Below are positions 10,060-20,014 of a DNA stretch of 64,000 nt, piece after piece. Each line of letters opens with the position of its first letter. The first letter of the stretch is position 1. A program made the translations under genes and the position numbers. Below the pieces are notes generated by a model. It worked only from the letters and a program-made list of their open reading frames with translations. It had not been told where the DNA came from and searched no databases. The stretch is from Candidatus Obscuribacteraceae bacterium (GTDB taxonomy: Bacteria > Cyanobacteriota > Vampirovibrionia > Obscuribacterales > Obscuribacteraceae), in contig JBGASG010000001.1 in assembly GCA_044229845.1 (NCBI GenBank), forward strand, positions 800,001 to 864,000, read 5' to 3'.

Positions 10060-10148
10060 AGCAAAACAACTCCGTACAACTTCGAATTCGCCCATTTTAA
10101 GCCAGTCGGCGAAATACTGCCAGAACGGAAAGACTTGACAAGCTGCGT

Positions 10149-10658
10149 CTAACGAGCGCTCATCCGCAGCCTGAGCGCAACCGTCAAAATAATCAGCCCC
10201 ACATAGAAGAGCTGGGTAATTGGGGGAAACCATGGATGTTTGGTGCCGGTGGCGTAGGCATAATCAGCCAGGTCGCAGGCCAGCGTCCCCGCGATAATGC
10301 AGCCGATCACCAGAGGAACCTGGTCCCTGGGTGCCGTGTGAGCCAGTTTGTTGAGCAGGAGAGCCGAGAGACCGATACCCAGTAGCGCCGCTACCAGCAA
10401 GTACTGGCTTATTCAAGTCATGCAGACGGAGATGATGTTCAAAAACTTGATCATCATGAAGCTGATGAAGGTGGTGGCGAGTGCCAGAGTCATTTTGGGC
10501 GACAGAGGCTTGGGCATAGGGTTCTGTTTCTTAAAGGCCTTTTCGCAGAACTGACAGCGCAGCGAATCTTTGCTGACCGTCATACACTCTTCGCAGATGT
10601 TTCTGCCGCAAACGAAGCATTTGATTTTCGTAGTTGAACACTGGTGCATGCTTGTCAT
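10149..10658 (-). pseudogene. B-box-like zinc-finger membrane protein with internal TGA at 10413-10415
   Basis: ORFs 10413..10748 and 10149..10400 share a frame; CxxCGRxICxxC...CxxC followed by TM helices on both sides of the stop. Confidence 0.55.
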
Positions 10659-10669
10659 TATAGCCAATC

Positions 10670-11755
10670 TCAGTCGATGGCGCGGGTCATTGTCCACAAC
10701 CCGTAGGAATTGAAGCGAGCATTGCCATGCTCGGTGAAGCGTCCGCACTCGCGCAATTCAAATTCGTACTTGCCGCCGGTGACAGCCGATTCGAAAGTAA
10801 TCGGATCTTTTTCTTCCCAGGTTTCATTGATCAACTGGAAGACGAGAAACTCGCAGAGCACGTCCACTGCCACATCGAATTTCATAATCGAGTAGGGAAT
10901 CTCGACATCGGCATAACCGAGAGCATGCATGCCGGCTGAAAACAACTCGCTGCCGGAGTTGTACAGTTTTGCAAAGGCGTTGGGCAGGTTGTCGCTGGAG
11001 GTATCCGCGCACAGTGCCTGTACTTCTTCGTGGGTATGCACGGCATTGGAGTTGCGCATTAAAACAGCCGGTGCGCTGAGAGCACGCATGAGCGGTTCCA
11101 GCATCGACAGAGTTTGTGTTGCCAGATCGATCTGCCCGGCGGTGCCCTGAGCGATGTCCCAATTTGGTGCGCTGATGTGCACGAAAGTGTTGTGGGACGT
11201 GATCGCGTCTGCCACATCGGATGAGACGTGTCCTTCGGAGATCTCGACCATGAGCGCACCCCAATCGGCGTTGCGCTCGAAGACTTCGATGTCGTACACG
11301 ACTGTGCCTTCGGTGGACATCAAGGTCTCGCCGTCGGTGGATAGCTCAGGGCGGTTGCTGATGCGCACAATAACATCGGCCAGATCTTCCAGAGCCGTCG
11401 GGATTAAGATCGAGATTGTCTCTCTGACCGGCGGACCTTGCGAATCACTGGCGGCACCTTCATACCGGTTGCGCGCCTGCTCGATTGTCTGCGTCCACAC
11501 GTCTGTCTGATCGTCTTCGCCGTTTTTCGCATAGATTTCTTCAGCCCGGTTAAGGTCTAGCAGCGCCGCCTTGATGTTGCCGGTATTGAAATTGGCTTCG
11601 GCGCGCTGAACATATCCATCTATGCTGGGATTTAGGCTGATGGACACGCTCAACTCTTTGAGCGCCTGTTTGAAATCGCCTCGTGCCAGTGCTTCTTTGC
11701 CCTGGGTCAGCCGCTGAGTTGCCATTTCGGAAGTCAAACCGTTCAACCTCGACAC
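10670..11755 (-). CDS. TPR + DUF4261-like domain protein (alternative start ATG 11725)
   Basis: N-terminal TPRs; GMHALGYADVEI motif and C-terminal FNSYGLW. Confidence 0.65.
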   Translation of the reverse strand: MSRLNGLTSEMATQRLTQGKEALARGDFKQALKELSVSISLNPSIDGYVQRAEANFNTGNIKAALLDLNRAEEIYAKNGEDDQTDVWTQTIEQARNRYEGAASDSQGPPVRETISILIPTALEDLADVIVRISNRPELSTDGETLMSTEGTVVYDIEVFERNADWGALMVEISEGHVSSDVADAITSHNTFVHISAPNWDIAQGTAGQIDLATQTLSMLEPLMRALSAPAVLMRNSNAVHTHEEVQALCADTSSDNLPNAFAKLYNSGSELFSAGMHALGYADVEIPYSIMKFDVAVDVLCEFLVFQLINETWEEKDPITFESAVTGGKYEFELRECGRFTEHGNARFNSYGLWTMTRAID

Positions 11756-11791
11756 AGGTTACCAAGTATAACCGCTTGGCGTCTCGCGTCC

Positions 11792-13927
11792 TTAAACGCG
11801 CATGGTGAGAGCGATACGCTTACGGTCGAGGTCGACACTCACCACTTTTACCTTGACCTTCTGGTGGACCTTCACTACTTCGTGCGGATCTTTGACGAAA
11901 CGATCGGCGAGTTGACTGATATGCACCAGACCATCCTGGTGAACGCCGACATCGACGAAGGCACCAAAAGCGGTGACGTTGGTGACCACACCTTCCAGCG
12001 ACATGCCGACTTTCAAGTCTTCCGGTTTGGTTATACCGTCAGCGAATTTCACCGGATTGAGCGGCTCGCGCGGGTCGCGTCCAGGTTTGGCTATTTCCTG
12101 GACTATGTCGTTGAGAGTGGGCAATCCCACTTTGTCGGACACGTATTTTTTGAGATCGATGCGCTGACGCAGCTGGTCGTCACCTAACAGGTCTTTCACT
12201 GAACGACCAAGGTCCTTAGCGATTTGATTGACTATGTGATAGCTTTCAGGATGCACCGCACTGTTGTCCAGTGGATTGTCGGCGTCGTGTATGCGCAAGA
12301 AGCCGGCTGCCTGCTCGAACGCCTTGGCACCGAGGCGCGGCACTTTCTTGAGAGCGTCGCGGGAGCGGAACGCGCCGTTTTCATCGCGAAACTTGACGAT
12401 GCCGGCAGCCAGTTGCGGACCCAGTCCCGAAACGTAGGTAAGCAACTGCTTGCTGGCGGTGTTGAGTTCGACGCCTACCGTATTGACACAACTGACGACG
12501 ACGTCATCGAGGCTGCGTTTCAGGGCTGACTGATCGACGTCGTGCTGGTATTGACCGACGCCGATCGACTTGGGGTCGATTTTCACCAGTTCTGCCAGGG
12601 GATCTATAAGACGCCTGCCAATTGATACAGCACCGCGCACGGTGACATCATGATCGGGAAACTCATCGCGAGCTACTTCGGAGGCCGAATAGATCGAAGC
12701 ACCGCTCTCGTTAACCATGACTACGAGAGGCTTGCCCGGCAGCTTACCGGCCTTGATCAGGTCGCGCACAAAAGTCTCTGCTTCCCGTCCGCCGGTGCCG
12801 TTGCCGACTGCAATGGCTTCAACCTTGTACTGTTCGCACCATTTTGCCAGCTTATTGGCAGCATCGGTGGTGGATGAGCCGAGCAGGTGGATGACGTCGT
12901 GCGCCAGAAGCGCACCCTGTTCGTTCAGACAAACTATTTTGCAACCGGTGCGCAATCCCGGATCAAGCCCGAGCACGCGCTTGCGGCCCAGAGGTGGTGA
13001 GAGCAACAGCTCCCTGAGGTTGCTCGTGAATACTTTGATCGCTTCTGAGTCGGCGCGTTTTTTAAGCACGTCGCGCATTTCTGTTTCCATCGACGGCGCC
13101 AGCAATCTTTTGTAGCAATCGTCGATAGCCAGGCGAATCTGATCGGCGGCTTTGCCCTGTTTCGTCAAGTAGCGTCGGTGCAAGCGGTTCAAAGCTTCTT
13201 CAGCGGGCGGCGAAATTTCTACTTTCAAGAAGCCTTCGTTCTCACCACGCAAAATAGCCAGGACGCGGTGTGAAGGCGCTGCTTTGATCGGCTCGACCCA
13301 ATCAAAGTAGTCGCTGAATTTGGCGCCCTCCTGCTCTTTGCCCTTTGCCACCACTGAGTCGATGGAGCTTTGCTGCTCCCAGTATGTGCGCATCTGACCG
13401 CGAGTGGCTGCATCTTCGTTGACCAGTTCGGCGATGATGTCCCGGGCACCGGCGAGGGCATCCTCCGCCGTCTCCACACCCTTGTCGCCGTCGACGAAAG
13501 CGGCGGCATCGGCGGCGGGATCTTTGCTTTCGAATGAGAAGATCTTTTGTGCCAGCGGTTCCAATCCTTTTTCGCGGGCAGCCATGGCGCGAGTTCTGCG
13601 CTTGGGACGAAACGGCAAATAAACGTCTTCCAGGTCGGTCAGTGTTTTGCAACCGGCAACTTGCTTTTCCAATTCCGGTGTCAGAAGCGAACGCTCTTGC
13701 AGCGATTTGATGATGCTGGCGCGTCGCTTATCAAGTTCTTCCAGCTCTTCCAGGCGATCGCGAATGGCGGCAATCGCCACCTCATCAAGAGATCCGGTCG
13801 CCTCTTTGCGATAGCGCGAGATAAAGGGAACGGTCGCCCCTTCTGAAAGCAACGACGCGGTTGCCCTGACTTGCGCGATATTCAGCTTTAGTTCGTCGGC
13901 TACGCGACCGACGTTATCATTTACCAT
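11792..13927 (-). CDS. tex: Tex family RNA-binding transcriptional accessory protein
   Basis: GATVPFISRYRKEATG, YqgF-like DPGLRTGCK, HhH, C-terminal S1 domain FGAFVDVGVHQDGLVHIS. Confidence 0.97.
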   Translation of the reverse strand: MVNDNVGRVADELKLNIAQVRATASLLSEGATVPFISRYRKEATGSLDEVAIAAIRDRLEELEELDKRRASIIKSLQERSLLTPELEKQVAGCKTLTDLEDVYLPFRPKRRTRAMAAREKGLEPLAQKIFSFESKDPAADAAAFVDGDKGVETAEDALAGARDIIAELVNEDAATRGQMRTYWEQQSSIDSVVAKGKEQEGAKFSDYFDWVEPIKAAPSHRVLAILRGENEGFLKVEISPPAEEALNRLHRRYLTKQGKAADQIRLAIDDCYKRLLAPSMETEMRDVLKKRADSEAIKVFTSNLRELLLSPPLGRKRVLGLDPGLRTGCKIVCLNEQGALLAHDVIHLLGSSTTDAANKLAKWCEQYKVEAIAVGNGTGGREAETFVRDLIKAGKLPGKPLVVMVNESGASIYSASEVARDEFPDHDVTVRGAVSIGRRLIDPLAELVKIDPKSIGVGQYQHDVDQSALKRSLDDVVVSCVNTVGVELNTASKQLLTYVSGLGPQLAAGIVKFRDENGAFRSRDALKKVPRLGAKAFEQAAGFLRIHDADNPLDNSAVHPESYHIVNQIAKDLGRSVKDLLGDDQLRQRIDLKKYVSDKVGLPTLNDIVQEIAKPGRDPREPLNPVKFADGITKPEDLKVGMSLEGVVTNVTAFGAFVDVGVHQDGLVHISQLADRFVKDPHEVVKVHQKVKVKVVSVDLDRKRIALTMRV

Positions 13928-13964
13928 GGCTGAGATTTTAACCTATGTGAGAGACTATCGCGTT

Positions 13965-14948
13965 ATGGCAACCAACCGGCGCTTTGACATAGTCGAACTG
14001 AGCGAGCCCGAGTTGACGGCGATGATTCAGCCGGTCTTCGCGGGGCAGCGTGTTGAGTCTGCCGAGCTTTTGACGGGCGGGGTGATCAACACCAATTACA
14101 AAGTGACAGTTTCCGCCAAGCCGACGCCATATGTCGTACGGGTTTATGCTCGTGACGCGGATGCCGTGGAGCGCGAGGCCAAGATTACCGATTTGATCGC
14201 CGACACTGTGCCGGTGGCGCGCACCTTATATCGGGGAACGAGAGCGCATACATCTGATGCCGCACAGGGCGCGGGCAGCTATGCGATTGTTGAATGGCGA
14301 CAGGGCGTGGTATTACAAACGGTGCTCGATGCCGGCGACACGGCGGGCATCGAAGATGCCTTCGAACACGCTGGATCTGTACTTGCCGCGATCAGCAAAT
14401 ACAAATTTGCTACCACTGGTTTCTTCAACAAAGAACTGCATGTTGCGCATGCCTTTGGCGACGACCCCAGCGCTTATATGAAACAATGCCTGAGCAAGCC
14501 GGAAGTCCGCGAGCGTCTGGGCGACGAACTGTTCGAGGCGACCAGGAGGTTCGTAGAGCTGAAGGGCTTGCAGCTCTCAGCCGCGGGCGGCATGCCATGC
14601 CTTGTGCACGGTGATTACAATCCGCGCAATCTTCTAGTGTCACAGAAGAATTGTAGTGGTGGCAAAAACTGGTGCGTCTCCGCGGTGCTCGATTGGGAAT
14701 TTGCTCACGCCGGCACCGTGCTGTTCGACATTGGCAACATGCTGCGCACTCAGCACAAGTATCCTCAGTTGCAGTCACGATTCATCAGCGGCTTCACGGA
14801 AGCTGGTGGAGAACTGCATCCTGACTGGCAGCAGCTCAGTCGATTTATTGATCTGAACAATCTGCTTGAGTTTCTCACTGGTGATGATCGCAGCTGGGTC
14901 TATGACGAAGTGAGAGCTGGCATCAGTCGCACCATTACCAGGGAATAG
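13965..14948 (+). CDS. Aminoglycoside phosphotransferase (APH) family kinase
   Basis: GGVINTNY, LVHGDYNPRNLL (Brenner motif), VLDWEFA. Confidence 0.9.
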   Translation: MATNRRFDIVELSEPELTAMIQPVFAGQRVESAELLTGGVINTNYKVTVSAKPTPYVVRVYARDADAVEREAKITDLIADTVPVARTLYRGTRAHTSDAAQGAGSYAIVEWRQGVVLQTVLDAGDTAGIEDAFEHAGSVLAAISKYKFATTGFFNKELHVAHAFGDDPSAYMKQCLSKPEVRERLGDELFEATRRFVELKGLQLSAAGGMPCLVHGDYNPRNLLVSQKNCSGGKNWCVSAVLDWEFAHAGTVLFDIGNMLRTQHKYPQLQSRFISGFTEAGGELHPDWQQLSRFIDLNNLLEFLTGDDRSWVYDEVRAGISRTITRE

Positions 14949-15207
14949 GCTGGCGATGTTCGGGAAGCTTACCCTGGCGCAGGCGCATGTTGCAGTATGC
15001 CGAACCTGTTGTGTCATCGCTCAATCTGGATAGTCCCAGAGCTGCAATAATCGCTGCAGCCATGGCGGAGATCATCAGCAAGATGCCGGTGGCCACCGCG
15101 TCACGACCGACCATCTCATTGCCGGTGAACGCGAAGAAAATGCCAACTACCATTAGCCCGACAAGAAGCTGTTTCCTGTAACAGGTTGCAATTGAACTCA
15201 GGTTCAT
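14935..15207 (-). CDS. Small two-TM hypothetical membrane protein
   Basis: GAGGA RBS before ATG 15207; two hydrophobic helices. Confidence 0.55.
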   Translation of the reverse strand: MNLSSIATCYRKQLLVGLMVVGIFFAFTGNEMVGRDAVATGILLMISAMAAAIIAALGLSRLSDDTTGSAYCNMRLRQGKLPEHRQPIPW

Positions 15208-15352
15208 GAGAGGTTTCCTCGCAGAAGTGTAATCAACGCCCTTTGCTGCGCGTCTCGTTTGAGATATGCGGAACCGCTTTGGACACACCCATTGTCTGAG
15301 GCGGTTCTACCCCAGTCTTACAGCATGCAAGGTCAACAATACTGTTGACTCC

Positions 15353-15736
15353 TTAATGCTCAGTGCCCTTGTCACCATGTTCCTTCACATACTGGATGGT
15401 CACCTGTCCCAGCGCGGTCAACTGACGCGAGGCATCAGCGATTTCCACACCCAGTTCGCGGAGTTTTTGCTGATCGATCGACTGACCGATCAAGGTCGCC
15501 CCTTGCATCACCTGTTCAAGCCCTGATGCGATGTTTGCGAAGTTGGTGGCATCGATGGTTTCCTTTGCTTTGATAGCGCACTTGCCGATGATCTCAATTA
15601 TCTGGTCGACATCCTTGCGACCATCCTGGTCGAGGTCCAGCTGTTTCAGTTTTTCGAATCGCTCTTGCAGGTATTCGGTAAAACTATCGACTGCGACTTC
15701 CGTTAGCTTTCTTTTGAACACAGGTGATTCCTCCAA
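15353..15736 (-). CDS. Hypothetical helical protein with DxDxDG Ca-loop-like motif
   Basis: Protein-like composition; DLDQDGRKD. Confidence 0.7.
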   Translation of the reverse strand: MEESPVFKRKLTEVAVDSFTEYLQERFEKLKQLDLDQDGRKDVDQIIEIIGKCAIKAKETIDATNFANIASGLEQVMQGATLIGQSIDQQKLRELGVEIADASRQLTALGQVTIQYVKEHGDKGTEH

Positions 15737-15743
15737 CCTATTT

Positions 15744-15775
15744 ATTAGATAGCGACAGTAATTAGATAGCGACAG
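15744..15775. repeat. Two perfect 15-bp direct repeats ATTAGATAGCGACAG (17-bp period)
   Basis: Copies at 15744-15758 and 15761-15775. Confidence 0.9.
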
Positions 15776-15956
15776 GTTGGAAGTTTACAGGGCGGAGAGG
15801 GCAAAAAAGTGCCAAGCTCAGCAGGAACATGTGACCAGACCTGTCGTCAACTGGTCCTAGACGAGTTGTAAGCTCGGTCCCCGGGCGTCCACCCTGGGTA
15901 TATCCCCCCATGTTATGTTGAAGCTGTGACCCGATTGCGGTTCACGGAGGTTATCG

Positions 15957-16550
15957 ATGACCGACATCCCCGGCCGATTGCGCCTTTGGCTGCTTTTTGC
16001 AGTGTCTCCGGTCCTGGCCCTGCTGGTCCTTTTTAGCGTCCCGTCGCTTTCTTCGGCAGATGACGGCAGCAAAATGCTGCAGGGCAGTGCCAGCGTGTCG
16101 GTTAAGTCCAAAACCCGGCTGTCACGCCAGGTCCAAGAACAGGAGGAAGAAACTCCTGCGCCGGTAACCACCACCAGCTTGATCATCCAGAACCCCCAGA
16201 CTGACTGGACCACGCCCACCCGCCCGTTCTGGATCCCCGGTCGCGTCTATACGACTGACGGCATGGTCATGGAGACTTTCAAAATCTCTCCCTGGTCTGG
16301 GAGAAAGAAAGCCTGGCGTCCCCCGCTGTCCGGCTATAACAACATGAAACTGCACCGGGGACTGATGTCGCACTGGCGCTCAGGTTGGGATGAAGCCTAT
16401 GTCAACGTGGTTCCGTTTGGACCGGCGGGTAACTTCTACTTCTTCCACGCTTCGCCGGACGGACCGCGAGGCTACATGGAATACATCGGCGAGGGCACCA
16501 ACGGATTGCCCAATTACAGGTACTGGTTCGCGTCAGCCGGACCGCAATAA
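15957..16550 (+). CDS. Secreted hypothetical protein
   Basis: GGAGG RBS; N-terminal hydrophobic signal; aromatic-rich C-terminal domain. Confidence 0.7.
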   Translation: MTDIPGRLRLWLLFAVSPVLALLVLFSVPSLSSADDGSKMLQGSASVSVKSKTRLSRQVQEQEEETPAPVTTTSLIIQNPQTDWTTPTRPFWIPGRVYTTDGMVMETFKISPWSGRKKAWRPPLSGYNNMKLHRGLMSHWRSGWDEAYVNVVPFGPAGNFYFFHASPDGPRGYMEYIGEGTNGLPNYRYWFASAGPQ

Positions 16551-16597
16551 ATAGGGTATGCTTTCTCGCTAACTTCTTGTGAGTGCGAGGAATCGAC

Positions 16598-17878
16598 ATG
16601 CCGGCAGGCTCAGACACCGTAGTTATCAAAGGCGCCACTCTCATCGATGGTACCGGTGGCGAACCGCAGAAGTCTCGCAATTTGAAAATCGCCGCTGGCA
16701 AAATTCAGGCGGTGATGTCTGACGACGAGGTGAATGGTGGCGCATCTGGTGTGCTGGATGCAACAGGCTGGTATGTCATGCCCGGCTTGATCGACTGCCA
16801 TGTGCACCTGGCGCTGGACGGCAATCCTACTGGTGACTTGCGTGGACCGCATGCGTGGACGACGCTGCAGATGCTCAAGCATGCGCAGGACAGTCTCAAG
16901 TCGGGATTCACCACACTGCGCGATGTCGGTGGGCGACACCATTTGGAATTTTCAGTTCGCAACGCAATCGAGCAGGGACTCTGGGCGGGACCGCGTCTGG
17001 CTCTGGGCGGCAAACTGCTGTCTATAACGTCAACGGGCACCGAGTTTTTCGATGGTATGTACCGCGAAGCAGATGGACTGGACGAAGTTCGCAAGGCGGC
17101 GCGCGAACAAATTGCCGCCGGTGCGGATCATATTAAGGTCATGTCCACCGGTGCCGTGATGACACCAGGTGAGGAACCACTCTCCACCCAATACAACGTC
17201 GATGAGATGCGGGTGGTGGTGGAAGAGGCTGCGAAGTGCGGCAAGTATGTGGCGGCGCATGCGCATGCCGTGCAGGGGATTCGCAATGCGGTCGAGGCAG
17301 GAGTGCGGACCATCGAGCATGGCACCTTCTTGCAGGAAGACGAACGGTTGATGGCGACAATGGCGGAGAAACAGATTTTTCTGGTGCCGACGCTGAAAGT
17401 GTTTCATGACATGACCGGCGATGAGAAAACCGGCATTCCAGACTGGATGAAGGACAAAGCTAAACGGCTGATAGCCACACACCGCAAGAGCATCGAGCAA
17501 GCCATCAAACATGGTGTACCGATAGCGATGGGTACCGATGCCTGCACTCCCTACAACTATCACGGCGATAACGCGAAAGAACTCGAGCTGATGCGTGACT
17601 GCGGCATGTCGGCGATGGCGGCAATTGTTGCATCAACACGCGACGCAGCGCGCGCCATCGGCTGGGGAGCGTGGCTCGGAACGCTGGAAGTCGGCAAGGC
17701 GGCCGACCTGATTGTGTTGAAGAAAAATCCCCTGGAGGATTTGCGAAACATCAAGCGAGAAAATATCGCCTTTGTGATGAAAGGGGGCGAAGTGGTGGCA
17801 CGACCTTGCGAGTGCGCCGACTCGGTTCCGCAGTCGATATTGTCCGGTGCCTGGACGTGTTGCGGGGTGCCGTCATAG
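16598..17878 (+). CDS. Metal-dependent amidohydrolase (Xaa-Pro dipeptidase-like)
   Basis: PGLIDCHVH, GADHIKV, AAHAH, TIEHG, MGTDA, GKAADLIV. Confidence 0.93.
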   Translation: MPAGSDTVVIKGATLIDGTGGEPQKSRNLKIAAGKIQAVMSDDEVNGGASGVLDATGWYVMPGLIDCHVHLALDGNPTGDLRGPHAWTTLQMLKHAQDSLKSGFTTLRDVGGRHHLEFSVRNAIEQGLWAGPRLALGGKLLSITSTGTEFFDGMYREADGLDEVRKAAREQIAAGADHIKVMSTGAVMTPGEEPLSTQYNVDEMRVVVEEAAKCGKYVAAHAHAVQGIRNAVEAGVRTIEHGTFLQEDERLMATMAEKQIFLVPTLKVFHDMTGDEKTGIPDWMKDKAKRLIATHRKSIEQAIKHGVPIAMGTDACTPYNYHGDNAKELELMRDCGMSAMAAIVASTRDAARAIGWGAWLGTLEVGKAADLIVLKKNPLEDLRNIKRENIAFVMKGGEVVARPCECADSVPQSILSGAWTCCGVPS

Positions 17879-18579
17879 TGGCGCGTCATGTCGTATCGAT
17901 GGGTGGGGGCGGCTTCTCCGACGCAGGAGAGGTAACTGGATTGGAACGCTATGTTCTCGACCTGACCGGCAAGGTGAAACCAAAAGTGTGTTTCGTTGCC
18001 ACCGCCAGTGGGGACGCAGAGGGCTACATCTGGAAATTTTACGACGCGTTCGAGCGAGCGGGGTTGCCCGCGGCGCACCTGGGATTGTTCAACCGCGGCG
18101 AAGACGCCGAGATTGAAGAAACGATACTGTCCAGCGACGTGATTCTTGTCGGTGGCGGCAACACCGCCAACCTGCTGGCTATCTGGAACTTGCACGGCGT
18201 CACGCCTTTGCTTAAGAGGGCTTACGGTAGCGGCACGGTCATGGCGGGCGTCAGCGCCGGGGGCTTGTGTTGGTTCCAATCCGGGCTGACCGATTCATTC
18301 GGCCCTTCGCTCAGGTTTCTCTCCAATGGACTTGGACTTTTGCCCGGCGCGTTCTGTCCGCACCTGGACAGCGAAGAAGCTCGGCGCCGACGGTATCTTG
18401 AAGAATTAGTCAAGCACCGCATCAACGGATTCGGAGCCGACGACAACGCGGCGGTTCACTTCGCCGACGAATCGTTCCATAAGGCAATCGCGTTTCTCGG
18501 CAAGCAAGCCTACCGCTTCCGCATCGAGGGCGACACCCTGCACGAAGAAGAGCTGTCAGCCGATGTGCTGCTTAATTAA
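17878..18579 (+). CDS. Peptidase E (S51) family
   Basis: VGGGNTANLL, nucleophile GVSAG, FCPH; GTG start overlaps the upstream TAG. Confidence 0.9.
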   Translation: MARHVVSMGGGGFSDAGEVTGLERYVLDLTGKVKPKVCFVATASGDAEGYIWKFYDAFERAGLPAAHLGLFNRGEDAEIEETILSSDVILVGGGNTANLLAIWNLHGVTPLLKRAYGSGTVMAGVSAGGLCWFQSGLTDSFGPSLRFLSNGLGLLPGAFCPHLDSEEARRRRYLEELVKHRINGFGADDNAAVHFADESFHKAIAFLGKQAYRFRIEGDTLHEEELSADVLLN

Positions 18580-19902
18580 GTTGGCGAGGTCGCCGGCTTC
18601 GCGTTCGATGGTCGCTTTGTCGGGACCTTCCATCATGACGCGGGCGAGGTTCTCGGTGCCGGAGTAACGGACGAGCAGGCGTCCCTTTTCGGCGAATTGC
18701 CTTTCGATGGCGTCGATCGCGTCCTTGATGGGAGGTATGGTCTCCAGCGGTGGTTTGCTCGATACGCGAACGTTGACGATCACCTGCGGATAGCGAGTGA
18801 AGCTCTTGGTCAACTCGGACATGCTCTTTCCAGACTCGGTGATCACGCGCAGGATTTCCAGTGCGGTGATTATCCCATCGCCTGCCAGGCTGATTTCCGG
18901 GAAGATGATGTGACCTGACTGTTCCCCGCCGATGCTACCGCCACCGTTGAGCAGTTCTTCCAACACATACTTGTCGCCGACTGGAGTGCGCGTCAGCTTG
19001 ATGTTTCTTTCCGTGAGCGCCAGCTCCAGTCCGATGTTGCTCATCACTGTAGCCACCACTCGCCGACCGGCCAGTTTGTTGTGCGAGTCGAGGTATTCGG
19101 CCATCACGAAGAGCACCTGGTCGCCGTCGATCAAGTTGCCTTGCGCATCGACGAGCAGCAGGCGGTCGGCGTCGCCGTCGAATGCAAGACCCAGATCAGC
19201 TTTGTGCTCGACGACTGCTTTCTGCAAATGTTTGGGATGCAGGGAGCCGCATTCGAGATTGATGTTGCGTCCATTCGGCTCTACGTTGATAGCATGGATA
19301 GTGGCACCCAGTTTTTTCAACAATTTGGGCGCCAGCTCGTATGAGGCACCATTAGCGCAGTCGACCACCAGAGTCAGTTTGCTCAAATCCAGGCCGGCTG
19401 CGATTTCTTCATGAAGAAACGCCAGGTACTTTTCCTTCAAGTCGGGATCGCGCGCACATCCTGCTGCGTCGGTGACTTGAGGAAACTGGCTGGCGTCTGC
19501 TTTCAGATCTCGCTCGATGGCCTGTTCGGTGGCATCGTCCAGTTTTCGTCCGGAGGCATCGAATACTTTGATGCCGTTGTCTTCATAAGGGTTGTGAGAG
19601 GCGGAGACGACGACGCCGGCATCGGCTTTCAATGCACGGGTGAGAAATGCGACGCCGGGAGTGGTGATGACGCCGGAGGACAAGACTTGCGCGCCTGCGG
19701 TGCCGGCGCCGCGGGCTATGGCCGCCTCGATCCACTCGCCTGACTCGCGGGTGTCGCCGCCGATGACGATCTGGGGAGCCCGGTTAAGCTTCGCTTTAAG
19801 TTGGATAGCCAATGAATAGCCGATGCGCTCTATTGTCGGCTGGTCCAGCGGAAACACTCCTGCCTTGCCGCGAATGCCGTCTGTCCCGAAAAACTCGCCC
19901 AT
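18556..19902 (-). CDS. glmM: Phosphoglucosamine mutase
   Basis: FGTDGIRG, SASHNPYEDNGIK, DGDADR, GGEQSGH, RYSGTE. Confidence 0.97.
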   Translation of the reverse strand: MGEFFGTDGIRGKAGVFPLDQPTIERIGYSLAIQLKAKLNRAPQIVIGGDTRESGEWIEAAIARGAGTAGAQVLSSGVITTPGVAFLTRALKADAGVVVSASHNPYEDNGIKVFDASGRKLDDATEQAIERDLKADASQFPQVTDAAGCARDPDLKEKYLAFLHEEIAAGLDLSKLTLVVDCANGASYELAPKLLKKLGATIHAINVEPNGRNINLECGSLHPKHLQKAVVEHKADLGLAFDGDADRLLLVDAQGNLIDGDQVLFVMAEYLDSHNKLAGRRVVATVMSNIGLELALTERNIKLTRTPVGDKYVLEELLNGGGSIGGEQSGHIIFPEISLAGDGIITALEILRVITESGKSMSELTKSFTRYPQVIVNVRVSSKPPLETIPPIKDAIDAIERQFAEKGRLLVRYSGTENLARVMMEGPDKATIEREAGDLANLIKQHIG

Positions 19903-20014
19903 GAACTTAATTGCGCCCCATAACAACCTGCAAATGCCCCGTCCGAAGCCGGAGCTAAGCCGTATTCTAACAAGTTGACAAGTTATTCGCGGGTGGGCGC
20001 AGGCTAGAGGTTTC

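Noticed and set aside
17671..17877. N-terminal extension of peptidase E
   Set aside because: Overlaps the amidohydrolase; GTG 17878 coupled to its stop fits better.
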